Part shown: positions 58,589 to 64,000 of the stretch, piece after piece | How the letters are laid out: the number at the start of each line of letters is the position of its first letter | How positions within the stretch are numbered: the stretch's first letter is position 1 | Origin: a virus | IMG/VR virus record: IMGVR_UViG_3300045988_094674 | Coordinates: 32,001-96,000 of that record | Direction: 5' to 3' (one strand) | DNA: 64,000 bases | Notes under the pieces: model-generated | Database searches by the model: none | What the model was told of the DNA's origin: nothing | Seen by the model: only the letters and a program-made list of their open reading frames with translations | Made by a program: the position numbers and the translations under genes

Positions 58589-59002
58589 ATGGAAAAATAT
58601 GTACGGTATTGTCCATTTTGCGATAAATACTATTCAAGATGGGACTTATTATGTGCTTTTTGTATTCGAGACAATATTTTGCTTATAGAATGGAACGAAA
58701 TGACAAAAAAACAAAAAGAAGAATGGAAAAATAAAACTAAGCCAAGGAGAAGTATTTCTGAAATAAATCCAGATACTCTCAAAAAACTTCAAAAGAATGC
58801 CAATACTTTCGATTCCCAATATAGAGCAGAACTGGAAGAAAAGGAACATCCTAAATACACCCCAAAATGCCCTACATGCGGCTCGCCAGACCTAGAAAAG
58901 ATCGGAACCGCTTCTAAAGTCTTGGATGTTGCTTTCTGGGGATTTGCCAGTGGAAAAGTGAAGAAAACTTTCCATTGTAAGAATTGTGGATATGAGTGGT
59001 GA
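58589..59002 (+). CDS. zinc-ribbon protein (opposite strand to the tail genes)
   Basis: RBS GAGGAG; CPFCDK...CAFC and CPTCGS...CKNCGYEW. Confidence 0.6.
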   Translation: MEKYVRYCPFCDKYYSRWDLLCAFCIRDNILLIEWNEMTKKQKEEWKNKTKPRRSISEINPDTLKKLQKNANTFDSQYRAELEEKEHPKYTPKCPTCGSPDLEKIGTASKVLDVAFWGFASGKVKKTFHCKNCGYEW

Positions 59003-59036
59003 TAAAAGAAAAGCCCTACTACACAAAGTAGCAGGG
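59003..59036 (-). terminator. hairpin terminator after the membrane-protein gene
   Basis: CCCTACTAC/GTAGCAGGG stem, followed on the minus strand by CTTTTCTTTTAT. Confidence 0.45.
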
Positions 59037-59053
59037 TAGTGGTCGTATTCGTT

Positions 59054-59659
59054 TTAGCGTAGAACGTATTTCGCAGTTTCGGAATCCAGATTGTCGTACA
59101 TGAACTCGAATCGTTTTACGTGAGACATTGGGACACATAAAGCTGTATCATCATTTAAATGAGAAACAGCTTCATCCATCTTATCTCCGTTCCGATCAGT
59201 TGCTGTGGCATGGTAAGTCAAAACGATATAGTCATTATCGGCGTTTTCGATTGTGCCATAAATATAGGTTCCATCGTCCATATGAAGCATCACATCGGTT
59301 TGCCCACTAAAATCGATATGGCGAGTCCAAATATTGTCGCCAGTATCGTAGCCGAGATGATTACTAAACCACTTTCTTACCGGAATAGAGTTTTTGATTT
59401 TGTAAAACAAGGAAGAGCATACAATGCCAGTTACAATATAAACAATAACGATAGGAAAACCCTTGATAGTGAATCTTCCAAGTAAATGGTCAGCGTAATC
59501 AACGATATACTTGATAGTAAATCCAAAAGCAATACTTAATGAAAGAAACCCTTGGTATTCAATTTTCTTTAAAGAAAGCTTTGTGTAAAACCAAACACAA
59601 AGAGCTCCTGGAACAAATACATTGAATAGTGTTTCGACATTATTTACTAGTTCCTTCAT
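59054..59659 (-). CDS. membrane protein with soluble C-terminal domain
   Basis: ATG 59659 after GGAGGG; 3-4 TM segments then a ~90-aa beta-rich domain. Confidence 0.55.
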   Translation of the reverse strand: MKELVNNVETLFNVFVPGALCVWFYTKLSLKKIEYQGFLSLSIAFGFTIKYIVDYADHLLGRFTIKGFPIVIVYIVTGIVCSSLFYKIKNSIPVRKWFSNHLGYDTGDNIWTRHIDFSGQTDVMLHMDDGTYIYGTIENADNDYIVLTYHATATDRNGDKMDEAVSHLNDDTALCVPMSHVKRFEFMYDNLDSETAKYVLR

Positions 59660-59834
59660 TCGACCCTCCATTCCCTCGTTGTTTATCGCGGTTTCTAAGA
59701 TAAGAGCCGCCATGTGTTTTTACCGAATCTGTACCGGAATAAGTATAAGTATTCCTTGGAGACTGACGTTCTTGAGTCGGTGCCCCATACGTAGAGATTT
59801 CATAATTCGGCACATGCTTTTTATTGTTTTCCAT
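59640..59834 (-). CDS. small hydrophilic protein
   Basis: RBS AAAGGAG 10 nt before ATG 59834; overlaps next start by 20 nt. Confidence 0.4.
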   Translation of the reverse strand: MENNKKHVPNYEISTYGAPTQERQSPRNTYTYSGTDSVKTHGGSYLRNRDKQRGNGGSNEGTSK

Positions 59835-59890
59835 GGTTCAACACTCCTTTTACAAGAGTGTATCACAGACTGTCGTAAAAAGCAACGCAA

Positions 59891-59929
59891 ATTAAAACGC
59901 CCGGCCTCCCAGTAGTAGGGAAGTCGGGC
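59891..59929 (-). terminator. GC-rich hairpin terminator
   Basis: GCCCGGCCTCCC/GGGAAGTCGGGC stem with T-rich tracts on both sides. Confidence 0.55.
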
Positions 59930-59954
59930 TTATTTTATGATGACTGCGCCGTTG

Positions 59955-60287
59955 TTATTTCAGAAGTTCAGCGATTTCTTCAGCAGTCATACCATTTGCC
60001 AGTGCGTTAGCAACGATATCTTCTGCCTTTTTACGATTCAGCTCTGCGGCAATCTTTTCATCGGCATCAGCCTTTTTCTTTTCGAGCTTTACAATCTCTT
60101 TATTGATTTTCTTCAATTCAGCTTCCTTAGCTTTTTTATCAGCATTCAGTGCAGCAATATTGGTGCCGAGTGCTGTGATTTCTTCAGCAAGAGATTCTGC
60201 GGCAGTATTCTTTTCAGCAATCTGTGCTGCGTAATCAATACCATCAAGAACCTTTGCTTTATTCTTACTTCCCTTGGGTCTAGCCAT
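59955..60287 (-). CDS. AT-hook-like N-terminus + coiled-coil small protein (DUF4315-like)
   Basis: ATG 60287 after GGAGGTG; MARPKGSKNK; ends GMTAEEIAELLK. Confidence 0.55.
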   Translation of the reverse strand: MARPKGSKNKAKVLDGIDYAAQIAEKNTAAESLAEEITALGTNIAALNADKKAKEAELKKINKEIVKLEKKKADADEKIAAELNRKKAEDIVANALANGMTAEEIAELLK

Positions 60288-60330
60288 AATAAAACACCTC
60301 CGTATATTTTGGATACGCGATTGTAATATT

Positions 60331-60359
60331 ATTATAGCCAGAATATCGTATGTAGTCAA
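60331..60359 (-). promoter_or_regulatory. near-consensus sigma70 promoter inside the cassette
   Basis: TTGACT, 17-nt spacer, TATAAT on the minus strand, ~37 nt before ATG 60287. Confidence 0.65.
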
Positions 60360-60537
60360 CGAATATTTTGTTTTCTCCTATTTTGTATCGCGCCAGAGAG
60401 TAGCGCGTCTCCTCATTTCCACCTACTTCTTTAAGTCGTCTGGTTACGTCTGAGGTGGACTTCTGAACTTTCGCCCAGAACTGACTATCCTTCCAGTGGT
60501 TGCTCACTGACCCTTTTTAGTCGATGAACCTTCCACC

Positions 60538-60553
60538 TTCCTACATTATATAA
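60538..60553 (-). promoter_or_regulatory. 16-nt repeat TTATATAATGTAGGAA (minus strand), copy 1
   Basis: Contains TATAAT; identical copy 152 bp upstream; TATAATGTAG is also the -10 region at 15267-15276. Confidence 0.4.
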
Positions 60554-60689
60554 TAGGGGAGTGGATCGGCTGCTGACCGCCCATTGTAAACGCTACTTAG
60601 CACTCGATTATTACCATATTTTGGCAATACGATAAAACCGAGCTTTTATCTCAGCATATAGCATCCATATCCTTGTTTCTATCTTTCGA

Positions 60690-60705
60690 TTCCTACATTA
60701 TATAA
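60690..60705 (-). promoter_or_regulatory. 16-nt repeat TTATATAATGTAGGAA (minus strand), copy 2
   Basis: Identical to 60538-60553. Confidence 0.4.
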
Positions 60706-60790
60706 ATATAACAATAGGCGATATGGCTCTTAGGGTTTCCCAGCACTCTAGGGGCTATTTTATTTTTACATGGTGCCGCATCCTATATTT

Positions 60791-63238
60791 TTATACGCAA
60801 CAAATATAAGAGGGCATATTAACTTTACCCGCACCATTTTTGAGCTTTCCGCTCATCTGCATTACAGACAACACGCCGGAAATGGCGGCTGTCAGAGTTG
60901 GTAATGCGCCAGCAAATTTTACAGCACTATCTGCACCGTCAACAAAAACAGTAGCAAGGCTTATAAAGAACTTCGGGATATCAGACTTCATCAAGTCCGT
61001 ACTAAACTTCTGGAATGCAGAATCAAGCTGATTAAGCTTCGCCTGCAAGGAGTCCATGTACGTCTGGTTCTCACGCATTGCGCTGCCACTAGAATTGAGT
61101 GCCTGCTTCATAGCGTCTTCAGCAACACTAAAATTATTCAGCAGGGCAGATGTACTCTGACCTCCTCTCTTTCCAGAGATCAGCTCAGTAATATTTGCCT
61201 GTGTTGTGTCAGACAGATCTTTCCAAACCTCAGAAAGTTCCTTCATAATCTGATAGGTTGATTTGAAGGTATTATTATCCTTCATAATATCAACACCAGC
61301 AAGTTGCTTCAACTCAGATCGAAGTTCGGACACAGAATCTGCCATCCCATCTGTTGCGATACCGGCATTTTCTGCATCTGTTTTTGAAGCACGAAGGTAC
61401 ATACTCAAAGTTTTTAGGTAAGTGCCACTCGTATCTGCGTCCTGAAGTACACCGTTTACAGCAGACGCCAAACTAAGCGTCTCCTGATATGTATTTCCGG
61501 CGGCAGACATCGCAGCGGAACTTTTCTGCATGATAATTCCAAGGTCGTTCATACTGACTGGTTCAGTATTAGCGATTTGGTTCATGCAGTCCAGAAGACG
61601 CTCTGCATCATCAGCAACCAACCCAAAACCTTGCATTGCAGAAATCAGGTAAGAAGAAGCAGTTGTTGCATTATCTATCTGGTCTCCAACATTAGCCATA
61701 AGAGCAGACACACGAGCAAGCTCTTCAGAGTCTTTGTCCGTATATCCAAGTCGCTTCTAATCGGCAGTGCTACTTACAAGATCAGAAATATTAGCACCAA
61801 GATTACGAGCGTTTGTTGCAGTTCTATCGAGATATTCGTTCATCTCGTCGTCAGTCATTTTACTGACTTTTTTAAGCTCTGTTACAGCCGTATCAAGTTC
61901 CAGAACATTATTATAAACCTCTCGCAGACCTTGTTTGACCATAGCCACGCCAGCCATAGCAATAGCTGTCTGGAAGTGCTCCTTAAACAGACGAGACAGT
62001 TTTTGACCAAGAGTTTCTGTAGTGGCCCCACATCTGCTGGCCTCAACCTCAAGATTTGATAGTCTTGCACTAAGATCAGTAACATTGCCTTCACAGCCAG
62101 CAGCAGAAGCTTTTATTCCGTTTAAACTATCAATTAGCCAAGAATATTTACTTTTATTTGCAATAGAGTCTTCTAACTTCGTTGCACGTTCATAAACACT
62201 CTTAAACTTCGTCATATCAACATTGGCTTGATTTATATCTCTAAAATCAAATCCAAGTTCTTTTAAATGTTGACTTGTAGAATCAATAGTTGTATCAAGA
62301 GTCTTGCATTTTTTATCAAAGTCTTGAATTGCTTTCCCTGGTGTAGTGTTCTCAATAGAAGCAAGCTGATCTCGTAACTCTTTTAACTTTCCAGAAGTTT
62401 TTCCAGTTCCATCTTCTCCATATAAATATTTTTTGATATTATCATTTTTATAGTTGGAGTTATTCTTAGAATAGTTTTCAAGAGACTGAATCTTTTTTTG
62501 ATATTTTTCATACTCGGATTCTTGAGATATGAGAGTCTTTTTTAAATCATCTGCAATTTCTTGATTTTGTTTTTTTAGTTCTTTTGCAGCCGAATCAGCA
62601 CCTTTTGCAGTATTCCTGTCAGCATTGAATTTTCCGGTTTTTTCGATATCCTCAAGCTTTAACTTCTGAGTTTCCGTAATTACATCTTTTGTTTTTGTCT
62701 TGAGTTTATCCATCTCATCGTTGATTGCGCTCAATCTAGTCTGTACCGCTTTCAACTCAGATGATTTGTTTCCATTAGCAATTAACAATGCTTCATCCGC
62801 TTTTAACTTTGCTTGACGATTTGCAAGGCTGAAAAGGCGAGAAATATCACTTTTTGAAGTATCTTGCGGTTTTGCAGAACCAGACTTTCCGGTATCAACC
62901 TTAACTGTCTGCTTTGCTGCAGATTGCATAGCTTTTTTAAGCTGTGCGGTTACTTTACTCTGGTCAACCTTAACATCAAGTGTAACCTTTGGAGTTCTTA
63001 ATTTTCCACTCTTGACCACCTTGTCAAGTGCGTCATTTATATTGCGGATTGTATCGTTTTGATTCACTCCGAAAGCAATTTTTACTGGTTTTTCTTTATA
63101 ATACTCTTTAACAGAATTAAATTGCTTGTCTAACTCTGCTTTATTTGCGTCAATAACAACCTTAACCTTGATAGCTGTTACAGAGGAAGTATCAGCACTA
63201 CTTGCGGTGTTTGTATTATCCGCCATACCGTTGGTCAC
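60791..63238 (-). CDS. tape-measure protein, proximal part with TP901-type core, read through an in-frame TAG
   Basis: ORFs 61757-63238 and 60791-61711 share one frame joined by TAG 61757-61759; core ANVGDQIDNATTASSYLISAMQGFGL...; start at 63238 (GTG) or 63226 (ATG). Confidence 0.75.
60816..60826. repeat. right copy of 11-bp inverted repeat (ATATTAACTTT)
   Basis: Reverse complement of 58554-58564; lies where the upstream TMP ORF stops looking protein-like. Confidence 0.5.
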
Positions 63239-63356
63239 CTCTCTTTTCCATTTTCAACATTCCTTTCAAAACAAAAAAGAGAAGCGGCCAGCTCCTTAAA
63301 GCCAGCCCTCCTCTCATTTAATTTTAATCCAAATAAATTCTCATAAAAGATGGCTT

Positions 63357-63914
63357 TTACAATCCATGTAAAGCCGTCTTAACAATCATTGCCGCCTCGA
63401 CTTGCGCAGGAGCAATAAACGGACGTGCAGGGCGATATTCTTTCTGCCCACCAGACCGAAGATAATAACTCAAATCCATCCAAAGACCATTCTCAATCCA
63501 GTTCGCAAACATAGTTCCACCAACAGCCGCATTCTCACGTTCATCAAATAAAACATTCGCTCCACCATTCTCATTCCAAACAAGTGGAGAATTACCATGA
63601 TGGTATTCCCTGTATAACAAAGTATCTGATGCTCTTTGAGAATCAAAATTCTTTCTACCAAGAAAATAAGACGGTTGCGGTTTTGCGATATCTTTCACAA
63701 TCATCGTAACAGTGTTTCCATCACGAGTTACACTACTCACAATATTACTTGCATCTTCGATTCCAGCAGAACGGGCGGATTGTGACTGAATATTTTTCTT
63801 TGCACTTGCCTGAAGCACAGTTTCTATTTGCGGAGCTACATCCTGCATAATCTGCTCCACACCATCTGCCACATCACTCAATAGGTCATCAAAATTTGTG
63901 TATGACTGTTTCAT
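63357..63914 (-). CDS. virion-module protein upstream of tape measure
   Basis: 185-aa ORF; TAA stop. Confidence 0.45.
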   Translation of the reverse strand: MKQSYTNFDDLLSDVADGVEQIMQDVAPQIETVLQASAKKNIQSQSARSAGIEDASNIVSSVTRDGNTVTMIVKDIAKPQPSYFLGRKNFDSQRASDTLLYREYHHGNSPLVWNENGGANVLFDERENAAVGGTMFANWIENGLWMDLSYYLRSGGQKEYRPARPFIAPAQVEAAMIVKTALHGL

Positions 63915-64000
63915 TCACTCCACCTCAAATCTCAAACCGATCCTTTGCAGACTGAATCTTTGTCGTATCCTTTTTGATGTAATACTTGTTGGTCACATCC

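Larger units (their letters stand above)
58554..60826. mobile_element. accessory cassette interrupting the tape-measure locus (nature unknown)
   Basis: Bounded by inverted 11-mers; carries own promoters, terminators and a plus-strand gene; no recombinase seen. Confidence 0.35.

Noticed and set aside
60280-60507. 75-aa minus-strand ORF in the cassette
   Set aside because: It has only a GTG start with a poor SD. Its 3' half contains the near-consensus promoter and RBS of the next gene. It would also be the only TAG-terminated ORF in the window. It is probably non-coding leader or promoter DNA.
58554-60826. Invertible (Gin/Cin-type) segment switching TMP ends, suggested by the inverted 11-mers
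   Set aside because: In silico inversion gives immediate stops at both junctions (KVNIDFEEM* and ...TAA-EG-ILTFF), and no invertase gene is present. The repeats are kept as boundary markers only.
60830-60834. GTGCG at the point where the proximal TMP ORF degenerates, suggesting a group II intron 5' end
   Set aside because: There is no reverse transcriptase or maturase ORF and no recognisable domain V near the 3' boundary. The interior carries ordinary promoters, terminators and an opposite-strand gene.
41660-61759. Interpreting the interrupted late genes as pseudogenes in a decaying prophage
   Set aside because: All interruptions are TAG, none is TAA, TGA or a frameshift. Frames stay intact for hundreds of codons and stop/start overlaps are preserved. 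TAG is never used as a terminator.
1-64000. CRISPR arrays, rRNA genes, complete tRNA genes, transposases
   Set aside because: None was seen on either strand. The only regularly spaced repeats are the attP arm sites and coding low-complexity repeats.

Overview
The window is one contiguous piece of a temperate tailed dsDNA phage. It has low GC and strong GGAGG-type RBSs, which look Firmicutes-like, and it is captured in the unintegrated (attP) configuration.

Layout:
- 1-35.2 kb, + strand: early arm for replication and nucleotide metabolism. It holds an SSB-like protein, an AAA_24-type ATPase, a DnaB-like helicase, a primase, a RecJ-like DHH nuclease, a metallophosphatase, a MazG-like protein, DnaE, a RecD-like helicase, an ATP-dependent ligase, ThyX, LemA, NrdD/NrdG, Dut, a small MTase, a GNAT, FolD and about 45 small ORFs.
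- 35.2-37.0 kb: xis, then attP, then a tyrosine integrase. attP is a tRNA/tmRNA 3'-end mimic plus terminator, flanked by GGTTACAT arm repeats.
- 37.0-39.0 kb: a self-contained + strand operon of unknown genes with its own promoter and terminator.
- 39.0-64 kb, - strand: lysis cassette, then tail fibre, baseplate and tape-measure genes.

Main finding: the six-frame track fragments several late genes only because they carry in-frame TAG codons. Seven are firm and one is possible. Every terminator I checked among about 95 CDS is TAA or TGA, and the early arm has no in-frame TAG. This is the signature of amber stop-codon recoding confined to late genes. No suppressor tRNA or release factor is visible in this window.

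Second notable feature: the tape-measure locus is split by a ~2.3-kb cassette. The cassette is bounded by an 11-bp inverted repeat and carries its own sigma70-like promoters, terminators and an opposite-strand gene.

All family assignments come from motif recognition by eye. No searches or alignments were run.
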